Shown here piece by piece: positions 31,821 through 41,382 of a stretch of 43,755 nucleotides of DNA. Location: sequence record SRR22947725_1153, one strand, 5' to 3'. Position 1 is the first letter of the stretch; each line of letters opens with the position of its first letter. The translations under genes were made by a program, and so were the position numbers. The notes beneath the pieces were generated by a model. That model was not told where the DNA came from. It saw nothing but the letters and a program-made list of their open reading frames with translations, and did no database searches.

Positions 31821-32073
31821 CCCAAAATCGGCATCTATTGAAGCTCGTATGCGTGTTTGCATGATGGTGGTTTGTCACCTGTACAACCTTGGACGCTGCA
31901 TGGTTCCAATCCTGAATATGCCTACAATCATCATCCGGCCATGAACCTGAAGATTGAGCTCCTGCATTGCAGCCAGGTGCTGGGTATTTGGTGATACAGA
32001 GAAAGTTTGGTTTTGACGCTTCGGGTTCTGGCGAACAGGATGTTCAATCTACCTTGCATGCACACAAAGGCAT

Positions 32074-33630
32074 ATGAAACAGATTCATCTTCTATTATCA
32101 ATCGCTCTCACGGGGCTTGCATCACTTTCTTCCTCGCGAGTAACGGCAGCACCCGCGCAACCTAATGTCATCATTGTGATGGCTGACGATCTTGGAATTG
32201 GGGATGTGTCTCCCACCAACCCGGAATGCAAAATCAAGACTCCCAATCTGCAGAGCATGGCAGAAGGGGGATTGGTTTTTTCAGACGCCCACACACCGAG
32301 CTCGGTATGCACACCAACAAGGTATGGGTTACTGACAGGGCGTTACAATTGGCGTTCACGCCTTGCCAGAGGCGTACTCAGTGGCACCAGCGACCACTTG
32401 ATTCCTGCTGACCGTCCCACACTCGGGCATTTGATGCGCAAAGCCGGATACCACACATCCATGATCGGCAAATGGCATCTGGGTTGGGATTGGAACAAGC
32501 CGGACGGGAAGAACATTGATTTTACTCAACCTGTAAAAAACGGCCCTGACATCAATGGGTTTGATCAGTATTACGCCCATTGCGGTTCATTGGACATGCC
32601 ACCCTATGTCTGGGTGGATACAGGACGCGTCACGGCACAACCCGACCGAACCGAAGGGGTCACAAAAAAGGAAGATCGTTACGGGTGGTATCGCAAGGGC
32701 CCCATCGGATCTGATTTTCATATCGAAAAAGTGTTGCCCCATTTATTTGAAAAAACTATTTCACGCATCAATGAACGCGCATCCGATGCGAAATCTGGCA
32801 AACCCTTCTTCATCTACCTTGCCCTGCCTGCGCCCCACACACCCATTGTCCCTGTTCCTCCATTCAAGGACGCGAGTGGATTGAACCCCTATGCCGATTT
32901 CGTGATGCAAGCGGATCACCATATGGGCGAATTGATGGCGGCGGTCAAAAAAGCCGGGCTCGACGATAACACACTCATTGTTTTCACGAGTGACAACGGT
33001 TGTTCCCCTGAAGCAAATTTTGAGTTGCTCAAAAAAAATGGACATCATCCAAGCGCTGTTTACAGAGGTCACAAAGCCGATATTTATGAAGGCGGACATC
33101 GCGTGCCATTTATCGTAAGATGGCCGGGAAAAATAAAAGCTGGAAGAACAACCACGGCATTGGCATGCCTGACGGACGTTTACGCCACATTGGAAGCCAT
33201 CACGAAACAACCTCGTCAAGATGTTGGTGGTGAAGATGGATTCAATCTGCTTCCCGTCTTTCGAGGGGCGGATTCATCCGGCCGAAGTGCCCTGATCAGC
33301 CATTCCATTGGTGGGTCCTTTGCCATTCGCAAAGGACCGTGGAAACTTTGTCTTTCAGCAGGAAGCGGAGGCTGGAGTGCTCCCCGTGAGAACGTTGCCA
33401 AGAAACAAGGCTTGCCAACAGCACAACTCTATAATCTGAATAAAGATCCAGCGGAAACAAATAACGTCATCGATTCACGACCTAAGATCGCGCAGTCACT
33501 CCTTCGAATGCTGGAACTTCAAGTGCAGCATGGTCGCTCTACGAAAGGGGAATCACTCTCCAACGACCGAAACGTCACCTTCATACCCGCCGGCGTTGAA
33601 TTGCCAGCCAGCTTACAATCAGCAAAATGA
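32074..33630 (+). CDS. Arylsulfatase A-like Cys-type sulfatase, family S1
   Basis: QPNVIIVMADDLG, CTPTR, IGKWHLG, APHTP, SDNG, RGHKADIYEGGHRVP. Signal peptide. Confidence 0.93.
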   Translation: MKQIHLLLSIALTGLASLSSSRVTAAPAQPNVIIVMADDLGIGDVSPTNPECKIKTPNLQSMAEGGLVFSDAHTPSSVCTPTRYGLLTGRYNWRSRLARGVLSGTSDHLIPADRPTLGHLMRKAGYHTSMIGKWHLGWDWNKPDGKNIDFTQPVKNGPDINGFDQYYAHCGSLDMPPYVWVDTGRVTAQPDRTEGVTKKEDRYGWYRKGPIGSDFHIEKVLPHLFEKTISRINERASDAKSGKPFFIYLALPAPHTPIVPVPPFKDASGLNPYADFVMQADHHMGELMAAVKKAGLDDNTLIVFTSDNGCSPEANFELLKKNGHHPSAVYRGHKADIYEGGHRVPFIVRWPGKIKAGRTTTALACLTDVYATLEAITKQPRQDVGGEDGFNLLPVFRGADSSGRSALISHSIGGSFAIRKGPWKLCLSAGSGGWSAPRENVAKKQGLPTAQLYNLNKDPAETNNVIDSRPKIAQSLLRMLELQVQHGRSTKGESLSNDRNVTFIPAGVELPASLQSAK

Positions 33631-35009
33631 AAAGATACATCTGCTTCATACTGGTTGTATGTTCGAACCTTTTGGCAGCAGCCGATGAAAAGCCCAACAT
33701 TCTATTTATTTTTGCAGACGATTGGGGCTGGGGAGATTTGAGCTGCCACGGGCATCCTTACGTCAAAACACCTCACATCGATCGCCTGGCAAAAGAAGGC
33801 ACCGATTTCCATCGTTTCACTGTCGCAAGCGGCGTCTGTTCACCAAGTAGAACCGCCGTGATGACGGGACATTTTCCAGCTCGCTACAATATCGATGGGC
33901 ACTTTGCCTGGGTACCGAGCAACACAAAAAGAAACATGCCCGACTGGCTGGACACGCAGGCTCCCCTGTTACCTCGTTTTCTGAAACAAGGCGGATATGC
34001 AACCGCGCATTTTGGAAAATGGCATCTTGCAAATAATATGATTCCAGATTCACCCGTTCCAGGTGAGTACGGTTTTGACACTTATGGTGCTTTTAATTGT
34101 GCCGGCGAACAAATACCTGTTCACGAGGATTCTGAACGTGTGGTCAAATTCATTCAAAAAAGCAAGGAACATGGAAAACCCTTTTTCATCAACATGTGGT
34201 TGCACGAACCTCACACTCCATTCCACACCGTTCCAAAATACCGATGGCGTTTTCGCCACCTCGAAAATGAAGCGGATAACATCTATGCTTCCGTCCTCTC
34301 TCATGCTGACGATCGTGTGGGCGAAGTATTGGACGAACTCGATCGCCTTGAATTGACGGAGAACACATTGGTCATTTTCAGTTCAGATAACGGTCCAGCA
34401 CGCTCATCGCGTCCAGCCGAGCTCGGGCTGATGCACGACACCGCAACCGGTGCTGGATACAATGTAGCCGCAGCAAAAGGGATCACTGGTGGACGCAAAG
34501 GCTATAAATCTTCTTTGTTTGAAGGTGGTATCGGTGTCCCTTTCATCGCAAGGTGGCCAGGTAAAATCCCTTCAGACCGTGTGGATAAGAAATCAATCCT
34601 GTCGGCAGTAGATTTACTGCCGACATTCTGTGACGTCGCAGGAGTTGAGCTACCCAACGATTACCAACCGGACGGGATCAGTCAGATCAACGCACTGATG
34701 GGTAATGGAATGACAATGCGCGAAAAACCCTTGTTCTGGAAATTCAATTCACCCTGGCCACCCCAGGCATCACGCCCTCACCACTGGATCTCTTATGCCG
34801 TGGTAGAAAATCAATGGAAGATGGTCACCAATCGCGATCAAAGCCATATCGAGCTTTACGATATTTTATCAGACCCCTTCGAGAAAAAGGATCTGTCGAA
34901 ATCGAGGCGGCCAACCGTCAATCACCTCACCACAACACTGAATCAATGGGTGTCCACTCTCCCCGCAAAACCAACAGGCAAGGTCTTCTCGTCTGAACGT
35001 TTCAAATAA
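33627..35009 (+). CDS. Cys-type sulfatase, family S1, translationally coupled to the upstream sulfatase
   Basis: KPNILFIFADDWG, CSPSR, FGKWHL, SDNG, GYKSSLFEGG. ATGA overlap at 33627-33630. Confidence 0.93.
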   Translation: MKRYICFILVVCSNLLAAADEKPNILFIFADDWGWGDLSCHGHPYVKTPHIDRLAKEGTDFHRFTVASGVCSPSRTAVMTGHFPARYNIDGHFAWVPSNTKRNMPDWLDTQAPLLPRFLKQGGYATAHFGKWHLANNMIPDSPVPGEYGFDTYGAFNCAGEQIPVHEDSERVVKFIQKSKEHGKPFFINMWLHEPHTPFHTVPKYRWRFRHLENEADNIYASVLSHADDRVGEVLDELDRLELTENTLVIFSSDNGPARSSRPAELGLMHDTATGAGYNVAAAKGITGGRKGYKSSLFEGGIGVPFIARWPGKIPSDRVDKKSILSAVDLLPTFCDVAGVELPNDYQPDGISQINALMGNGMTMREKPLFWKFNSPWPPQASRPHHWISYAVVENQWKMVTNRDQSHIELYDILSDPFEKKDLSKSRRPTVNHLTTTLNQWVSTLPAKPTGKVFSSERFK

Positions 35010-35200
35010 GTGAAAGTCACTCTCCACTGAAGGAGTAAACTTTCCTGACCCCTCTTTTTAATGATGGGTTTCGAATGTCAACAGCCTTTTGAGGTATGAA
35101 TAGGAATATGGAAGTGTCGCTCTCTTTGCCATGGACAAGACGGCGACTCATGCTCAGTTGAAAGCTGGATCCCATTTATTGACCAAATCCAGTCATGAAG

Positions 35201-35227
35201 TGTAACTTTTGCCTTTCCTAAACCGTC
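35201..35227 (+). promoter_or_regulatory. Putative ECF-sigma promoter
   Basis: TGTAAC (35201-35206), 17-nt spacer, CGTC (35224-35227). Matches the common ECF -35 AAC / -10 CGT pattern. Confidence 0.5.
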
Positions 35228-35293
35228 AATGTTTATGTGAGTGCGTGTTCTTGTGCTCGTTGATCGTTGAACTTTGTTAGATGAACTAAAAAA

Positions 35294-37174
35294 ATGGATA
35301 TGGATTTTTTGAATACAGAAAGACAGCCCCAGAGAGCATGGGGATCCCTTTTGGGATTAAGATTTAATCGTTGGAAATCACATTTATCCATGGGAATGAC
35401 AGCGTTCATATTGATTTGTGCCTTCACCGCATCCGCCCAGAACCGTCCCCAGGGAGGCCCTCCAGGTCGCGGGGGTGGTGGACGAAATCAAGATCGCCCC
35501 ATCGTTAAACAATTTGATCAGGATGGGAATGGACGTCTCAATGCGGAAGAACGTGCCAAGGCGGTTGAATTCATCAAATCCAATCCCCAACAAGGCCGAG
35601 GTGGATTTCGTCCACCCGGAGGAGGACGGCGAGGCCCAGGCGGGCCGGGTGCTCGAGGCCCTGGTGGTGGCAGACCTCGCCCGGGAGGAGAACGCCCCGA
35701 TTTTGAAGCGTTGCGAGAGCGCTTTGATGTCAATAAAGACGGAACTTTGAATGAAGCAGAGCGTGCTGCTCTGCGCGCTGAAATTGGTGCACGTGGCGGA
35801 CCTGGTGGCCGTGGGCCTGCCGGTGGCCCCAGAGATAGAGGTGGCAGAGGGCCTGCTGGCGGCAGAGGTGGCCGGGGCGGTCCCGGCGGCGACCGCCCCC
35901 CAGCGAAGCAAGGCATACCACTGACCCTTACCGATGTGGAGCATTACCCCGATACCCCACTTTATGCTTCTTCTGTGTTACGTACTTTTTTTATCGAATT
36001 CGAAAATTCAGGTTGGGAAGATGAAATGGCGACGTTCAACAACAGTGATGTTGATGTGCCGGCGAAAGTAACGGTTGATGGAGAAGTTTACGACGACGTC
36101 GGAATCCATTTTCGAGGCAATTCTTCATTCGGTGTGGGAAATGGATATAAACGCTCACTCAATCTCAGTTTTGATTTCGTGCATGCAAAGCAAAATATCC
36201 AGGGATACCGAACATTGAATTTCCTCAATGCCAATGCGGATCCAACATTCATGCACACGGTTTTATCGTTGCGCATTGCGAGAGATTACATTGCCGCTCC
36301 AAAGGCAAATTTTGTCCGCGTGGTCATCAACGGTGAAAACTGGGGAGTTTACGCTAATCAACAACAGTTCAATAAGGATTTTCTCAAGGACAATTTTGAC
36401 ACTAAAAAAGGGACTCGCTGGAAGGTGCCTCAAGGAGGTGGGGGGGACGGAATTGGCGCGTTTCGCTATGATGGAGACGATCCTGCCGTATACAAGAAAT
36501 CCTTCCAGATTAAGTCCAAGGACAAACCCAAAGCCTGGGATGCATTGATTGATCTTGCCAGAACGCTGGATCAAACCCCTTTGAATCAATTGGAAACGGC
36601 TTTGGAGTCCAGGCTGGATGTCGATAATTATCTGAAATTCCTGGCTCTGGACAATGTTCTGGTAAGTGGCGATGGCTTTTGGACGCGAGGCGCAGATTAT
36701 ACCCTGTATCTTCATCCCAATGGAAAATTCCATTTCGTCCCCTATGATATGAACGAATTTTTCAGTTTCAGAGGCGGGATGAGACGCGGGCGCAGGGGGC
36801 CGGGAGGCCCTGGTGGTGATGGCGGAGGTTATCAGGGAGCCACGGGAATTGATCTCGAACCACTGGCGGGCCTTTCAGATAAAAGCAAACCCATCATCGC
36901 ACGTATCCTTGAGGTCGAAAACTATCGTAAAAAGTATCTGGGTTATGTCCGGGAGATTGCTGAGAATTCGCTCGACTGGAAAAAAACAGGACCGATGGTA
37001 TTGGAATACCGAAATCTCATCATGGCCGATGTCGCGAAGGATACCCGAAAACTGTTCTCAACAGATCAATTCGCTTCAGGCACAGCTGACGCACCCATTG
37101 AAATGAACTTGCGAGCGTTCTTTGATGAGCGCAGGGCGGCGGTATTGAAAATGCTGGATACGATGCAGAATTAA
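35294..37174 (+). CDS. Exported CotH kinase-family protein with two EF-hand-like loops and Gly/Arg/Pro-rich low-complexity regions
   Basis: Signal ending FTASA. EF loops FDQDGNGRLNAEE and FDVNKDGTLNEAE. CotH motifs IHFRGNSSF, YKRSLNLSF, LNFLN, VVINGENWGVY, SGDG, PYDMNE. Confidence 0.87.
   Translation: MDMDFLNTERQPQRAWGSLLGLRFNRWKSHLSMGMTAFILICAFTASAQNRPQGGPPGRGGGGRNQDRPIVKQFDQDGNGRLNAEERAKAVEFIKSNPQQGRGGFRPPGGGRRGPGGPGARGPGGGRPRPGGERPDFEALRERFDVNKDGTLNEAERAALRAEIGARGGPGGRGPAGGPRDRGGRGPAGGRGGRGGPGGDRPPAKQGIPLTLTDVEHYPDTPLYASSVLRTFFIEFENSGWEDEMATFNNSDVDVPAKVTVDGEVYDDVGIHFRGNSSFGVGNGYKRSLNLSFDFVHAKQNIQGYRTLNFLNANADPTFMHTVLSLRIARDYIAAPKANFVRVVINGENWGVYANQQQFNKDFLKDNFDTKKGTRWKVPQGGGGDGIGAFRYDGDDPAVYKKSFQIKSKDKPKAWDALIDLARTLDQTPLNQLETALESRLDVDNYLKFLALDNVLVSGDGFWTRGADYTLYLHPNGKFHFVPYDMNEFFSFRGGMRRGRRGPGGPGGDGGGYQGATGIDLEPLAGLSDKSKPIIARILEVENYRKKYLGYVREIAENSLDWKKTGPMVLEYRNLIMADVAKDTRKLFSTDQFASGTADAPIEMNLRAFFDERRAAVLKMLDTMQN
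35450..35900 (+). repeat. Low-complexity GGP/RGG-encoding GC-rich tracts within the CotH gene
   Basis: Encodes GGPPGRGGGG, RPPGGGRRGPGGPGARGPGGG and GARGGPGGRGPAGGPRDRGGRGPAGGRGGRGGPGG. Codons vary, so this is not a perfect DNA repeat. Confidence 0.8.
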
Positions 37175-37210
37175 AATCGTCGCTCCACGTTAGAAACTAT
37201 CTTTCATGAT

Positions 37211-37244
37211 ACCCGGCCATGCATACGTGGCCGGGTCTTTTTTT
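37211..37244 (+). terminator. Rho-independent terminator
   Basis: acccggccatg-cata-cgtggccgggt followed by cttttttt, 36 nt after the CotH stop. Confidence 0.85.
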
Positions 37245-37529
37245 CTGGTTTGAATTGATCGCACTCGGATCCCAACTGACCATGGCCGCAAGCCGCTGCA
37301 TGAAATTGCTCATGAGAATGCGCGCACTCAGAAGTCTGCACTGGCCCACATGAAATATGATGGAAATTAAGTTCACCCACTTCGCAGGCTCTCAGGTCAC
37401 TCAAGAATCTGCGTTCGAACTGACTGCCCACCGCGAGGTATTGATGCTTTGTCTTCATCTGCGAAGGAATACATAGGACATTACCTGCGATAGAATCTCG
37501 CTTAACCATACCCCCCTTCTGCAGCCGGG

Positions 37530-38384
37530 TTATTTCTTTTTCTGAAGTTTGAGCCAATGGATCGCTTCGGGATATTGGTTCCATGCGATTGTCATGGCGT
37601 CCACGCAGGATACCGCTTCTTCCTTGGAACCAATGGCATAATGATTTGGCAACTCCATGGGTGGTTTGCGCGTACCTTTAATGAAGCTTTCCATGTACTT
37701 GTTTTGTCTTCGAGCAATCTTTAAAGCCTGAATTGCCAATTCATCGTTCTGCTCCAGAAAACGCTTCAAAACCATCGCCCAAGAAAAACTGCAGCTTGAG
37801 CCTACCTCATCATATTGTGCGAAAATTTTATCTGCTTTCTTGAGTCTGCCCAAGGCAAGACAAGAAAGGAGCAAAGAGCTGCGCACTCCCTGGTTATCAT
37901 TGGCATTTAATTTTAACATTTGCTCCCAACATAACAGCGCTTTCTTCAAATCTCCCTGATAGTGGCACTCGGTTGCAAGGCATTCCAGCACGCGCATGTA
38001 GGGTCTGGTTTCCACTAATCCCCAGAAATGCCCTTCGTTCTCTTGAAAAAGTGTTTCACCGATTTTTTGACGAGCAATCTTCTCGAGCAATTCAAGGATC
38101 GGGATTTGATATGAATCATCAATACATGCGATATCCAAGAACTCCAAATGCACATCGACATTCGACGGATCATGGTCAAGCGCCTTTAACATGAATTCAA
38201 CAGATTCATCCATGTCCTCCGTCTCAAGAGCTTGTTCCAGCAATCTGAAAGCTTCCGTTTCGTCATCATCTGTCACTTTTCTGGGATCTTCCAAGATACT
38301 GTTCAGCATTGTAAGAACGATATCCCCGGGATGGGTGTTTGATGCTGGATCAAATGGAAATGTTTCGTTGGGGCCGATACTCAT
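37530..38384 (-). CDS. TPR-like helical repeat protein of unknown function
   Basis: Helical repeats (KALDHDPSNVDV, EQMLKLNANDNQGVR) and an HFWGLVETRPYMR motif that I recall from a conserved bacterial TPR family. Confidence 0.7.
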   Translation of the reverse strand: MSIGPNETFPFDPASNTHPGDIVLTMLNSILEDPRKVTDDDETEAFRLLEQALETEDMDESVEFMLKALDHDPSNVDVHLEFLDIACIDDSYQIPILELLEKIARQKIGETLFQENEGHFWGLVETRPYMRVLECLATECHYQGDLKKALLCWEQMLKLNANDNQGVRSSLLLSCLALGRLKKADKIFAQYDEVGSSCSFSWAMVLKRFLEQNDELAIQALKIARRQNKYMESFIKGTRKPPMELPNHYAIGSKEEAVSCVDAMTIAWNQYPEAIHWLKLQKKK

Positions 38385-38491
38385 AATGACTTAAAAATGA
38401 TATTAATTTGAGAATTATGAAAAAGGATTACAGGTTTATTTGAAGGGTGATAACTTTTCGATGAAAAGAAAGTTATACGATTTCATGCAAA

Positions 38492-39523
38492 CTAATGCTT
38501 TTTCTTTTTGTCTTCCTTGAAAGCTGATCGAAGAAGCCAATGTCCACTCAAGCTTTGCATGAATTCATTGGCAGAAACAACCAGTGAGGATATTTCGCTT
38601 AAAATATTAGTGTTTGACTGAACCTGTGAGTTGAAATTGGCCGTCAATGTTGCCAGCTCATTCAAGGTCAGGCTGAGATTCGAAACAACCAGACTCATGT
38701 TTATTTCCGCCGAATCCAGCGTGTTGGTAACAGACAATAATGTGTGATGCAGATCCTCGTTCAGCCGGGGAGGCAATAGCCATTGACCGAGCGAGCCATC
38801 CGGATTCTTTAAATTCTCGGTGATTACCAGCATATTTTGAACGGACTGATGACTATCGGCGAGCAAAACATTTAGATTCTTCGTCGTGATATTGGCATTA
38901 CTAAGCACAGCGGAAAGTTGATTTGTTAGTGCAAAGACATTGGGCAAATGAGCCTGAACGGATACCAGCAGACCTTCGATCTGTGCATTTAATCCACTGG
39001 ATTCCTCAGCAAGGATCCATACTGGCTTCGTGTCCTTTTCCAGAGGGAGATATTCACTCCCATCCCACCAGGCCACGAGTTCACCGTCCTCTTCTTTATA
39101 GAGTGGTTTACCACTGATTCCTTTGGTCACTTCCAGAAAGCGATTTCCCAGAAAATCACCCGACACCACATTGACTTTGGAATCCGCCCACAGGTATCCG
39201 TGATAAGGACTGCGCACCTCGAACTCAACATAAACATTGTTCAAGAAATCACCGGCTGGCATCGCTTCAATATTGATGATCTCTCCCACATCAAAGCCCA
39301 TGAGTTTCACTTTGTCCCCGACCGACATGCCCGATGCGGTTTGGACAAACGTGAAATACCGTCCTTGAGTAAGGAACCAACCTTTCTGTTTGGCAGTGTA
39401 AAAAATGTAATACGCGAATACAGCCAACAGACCAGCGAGTGCCAATCCGACGAACCAGCCTACAAACTGCTCGGCACGATTGAGCCGAGTACGAATCTGA
39501 GGTGTGAGGTCCTGTAGTGGCAT
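38492..39523 (-). CDS. mlaD: MCE/MlaD family protein
   Basis: N-terminal TM helix (FVGWFVGLALAGLLAVF), MCE motifs GMSVGDKVKLMGFDVGEI and DFLGNRFLEV, long C-terminal helical region ending HWLLRSAF. Start ATG 39523 lies 5 nt past the upstream stop. Confidence 0.85.
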   Translation of the reverse strand: MPLQDLTPQIRTRLNRAEQFVGWFVGLALAGLLAVFAYYIFYTAKQKGWFLTQGRYFTFVQTASGMSVGDKVKLMGFDVGEIINIEAMPAGDFLNNVYVEFEVRSPYHGYLWADSKVNVVSGDFLGNRFLEVTKGISGKPLYKEEDGELVAWWDGSEYLPLEKDTKPVWILAEESSGLNAQIEGLLVSVQAHLPNVFALTNQLSAVLSNANITTKNLNVLLADSHQSVQNMLVITENLKNPDGSLGQWLLPPRLNEDLHHTLLSVTNTLDSAEINMSLVVSNLSLTLNELATLTANFNSQVQSNTNILSEISSLVVSANEFMQSLSGHWLLRSAFKEDKKKKH

Positions 39524-39528
39524 TTTTG

Positions 39529-40323
39529 CTAAAATTGACTGGTTCCGGTTAAAAGAGCACGCACAAGATCGTGTTGTGTCAATACATCGCGATTCGACGG
39601 ATCCAGCTCTTCCCATATCCCACGATGGATTAAACCTATACGATTTACCCGATCGATCCAAGGGGTTAGATCACTTGCTGTGACTATCATCGATCGAGGC
39701 TTCCAGCCACCTGTTCCTTTGAGCAATTCGTCTAAAAATACCAACCACCATTGCCCATGATACGCGTCAACCGCGCCGAGGGGATGATCCAGAAAGAGAA
39801 CTTCAGGACGAAGAGTCATGGCCCTCGCAAGCCCAAGTCGCTGGCGCCAGTTGCGGCTTAATCTTCCGGCTGACTGGTCCTTCATCGAGGACATGCCTGT
39901 CATCTCAAGTATTTGTAATACCCATTTTTGGTTCTGGTCCGCAGTGGCAAGTTCATGATAGTTCAGGGGCAGCATCAAATTGTCATAAACCGAAAGATCG
40001 TGAAATACCCTGCCCCCGTCTTCAAACACCATTCCCACATTCAATTTTTCTCGTAAGTATGCATCAGGCTCAATGTACTGCACTTCTTTTCCGAAGAATG
40101 TCAAAGAGCCTTTTCGAGGTTTATGAATTCCGGCGGCAACAGAGATCAGTTCCGTCTTACCAGCTCCAGACATGCCACCCAAGACCCAAAAATCCCCACT
40201 CTTTATTTTCCAATTGCATGCTTCCACGCACAGATTCTCAGGCAATGATGCATTACCTACCGTCACGTCCTTCATTTCAATCAGGACTTCAGGCGAGCTG
40301 GGATCTTGGTGATAAGGTTCCAT
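39529..40323 (-). CDS. MlaF-like ABC ATP-binding subunit with degenerate catalytic motifs
   Basis: Walker A GMSGAGKT is intact. Q-loop region reads MVFEDG, signature LSRNW, Walker B VLFLDHP, switch region IVTASD. ATG overlaps the mlaE stop (TAATG at 40325-40321). Confidence 0.82.
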   Translation of the reverse strand: MEPYHQDPSSPEVLIEMKDVTVGNASLPENLCVEACNWKIKSGDFWVLGGMSGAGKTELISVAAGIHKPRKGSLTFFGKEVQYIEPDAYLREKLNVGMVFEDGGRVFHDLSVYDNLMLPLNYHELATADQNQKWVLQILEMTGMSSMKDQSAGRLSRNWRQRLGLARAMTLRPEVLFLDHPLGAVDAYHGQWWLVFLDELLKGTGGWKPRSMIVTASDLTPWIDRVNRIGLIHRGIWEELDPSNRDVLTQHDLVRALLTGTSQF

Positions 40324-41180
40324 TAGACCATCCAATACAAAATGAACACGGCATCCAATAAGACACAGAAAAGAATCGCCTTCATGACAGCACGCATGGC
40401 TGCCGATGAAATATCGCCAAGCCGGATGGGACGTGCCAACCCTTCATAGCAGGTGACAACGGCAATGATGGTTCCAAAGAAAAAAGATTTGAGAACCAAC
40501 ATCAGGAAGTCCGAGATATGAAGCGCTTCTAGAATTTGATTTACAAAAGCCCCGGGCTTCATGGGGATATCCTGCATGAAAACAAACATGTAGGCACTGA
40601 CCATGGAGATCAGAATGAAGTAAATGGTTAAGACCATAATAGACAAAGCCAGGCCCAGCACACGAGGCACAACGAGGTAATGAATGGAATCAATCCCCAA
40701 AGCCTCCAAGGCTTCGACTTCCCCCATTGCTCGTTTCGTACCAAGCTCTATCACGGTCGAAGTTCCGACGCGCGCCAATACCATCATCGCAGTCATCAAC
40801 GGTCCTAATTCACGAAAAACGGCGACAACCATCACCAAACCGGTGTAGCGACTCGCGCCAATCATGCTGAACAGGGATATCAATTGGCCAACAACAATGA
40901 AACCAGTCATGATGGCCACCATCCCTACCAACGGGACAAGCCGTATGCCTGCAAGATAGATCTGGGAGCGTATAATCGGATGCACCACCGCTTTCGAGCG
41001 GTTGAACTTCAGTAGCGTGACACTGAGTGTGATCAGTGAAAATGCAACAAGTTCATGAAGCGTTCGAATGGACCGAATGATCATCCTGCCCAGGAGCATT
41101 GCAAACGAAAGCTTACCCGGACCGGTCATTTGGGAAGTGGATTCATCTGTTTCTGGAGAGGATGTGACCGTTCCTGTCAT
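40323..41180 (-). CDS. mlaE: MlaE family ABC permease
   Basis: FRELGPLMTAMMVLARVG, EVEALEALGID, YLVVPRV, KSFFFG; several TM helices. Confidence 0.9.
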   Translation of the reverse strand: MTGTVTSSPETDESTSQMTGPGKLSFAMLLGRMIIRSIRTLHELVAFSLITLSVTLLKFNRSKAVVHPIIRSQIYLAGIRLVPLVGMVAIMTGFIVVGQLISLFSMIGASRYTGLVMVVAVFRELGPLMTAMMVLARVGTSTVIELGTKRAMGEVEALEALGIDSIHYLVVPRVLGLALSIMVLTIYFILISMVSAYMFVFMQDIPMKPGAFVNQILEALHISDFLMLVLKSFFFGTIIAVVTCYEGLARPIRLGDISSAAMRAVMKAILFCVLLDAVFILYWMV

Positions 41181-41382
41181 CTAAATCCATTCCATTTATA
41201 TGCCCTACCTTGCTGGAGTAATATAAAAAGCCTATTCATAGTCATTTTTTTAGGCCTTCTATACTTTTTATGCGCATATCGTTACATTTTTATCTGCTCT
41301 GCTTCAGTAGTTTATTAGGTTAATGGCTCACAGAACCTGCATTTTTTAAAGTGATTACCTGATTGAAATGAGACTAGCGACT

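Noticed and set aside
35384..35944. Several long Pro/Ala/Ser-rich ORFs overlapping the EF-hand CotH gene
   Set aside because: By-products of the GC-rich low-complexity tract, which lacks stop codons in most frames.
37204..37584. 126-aa minus-strand ORF downstream of the TPR gene
   Set aside because: Overlaps the TPR gene end and runs through the CotH terminator; no motifs.
38450..38476. ataacttt/aaagttat inverted repeat between mlaD and the TPR gene
   Set aside because: Short and AT-rich in an AT-rich spacer; not distinguishable from chance.
39524..39661. 46-aa N-terminal extension of MlaD in the ORF track
   Set aside because: Overlaps the 3' end of the ABC gene; ATG 39523 gives a normal MlaD N-terminus.
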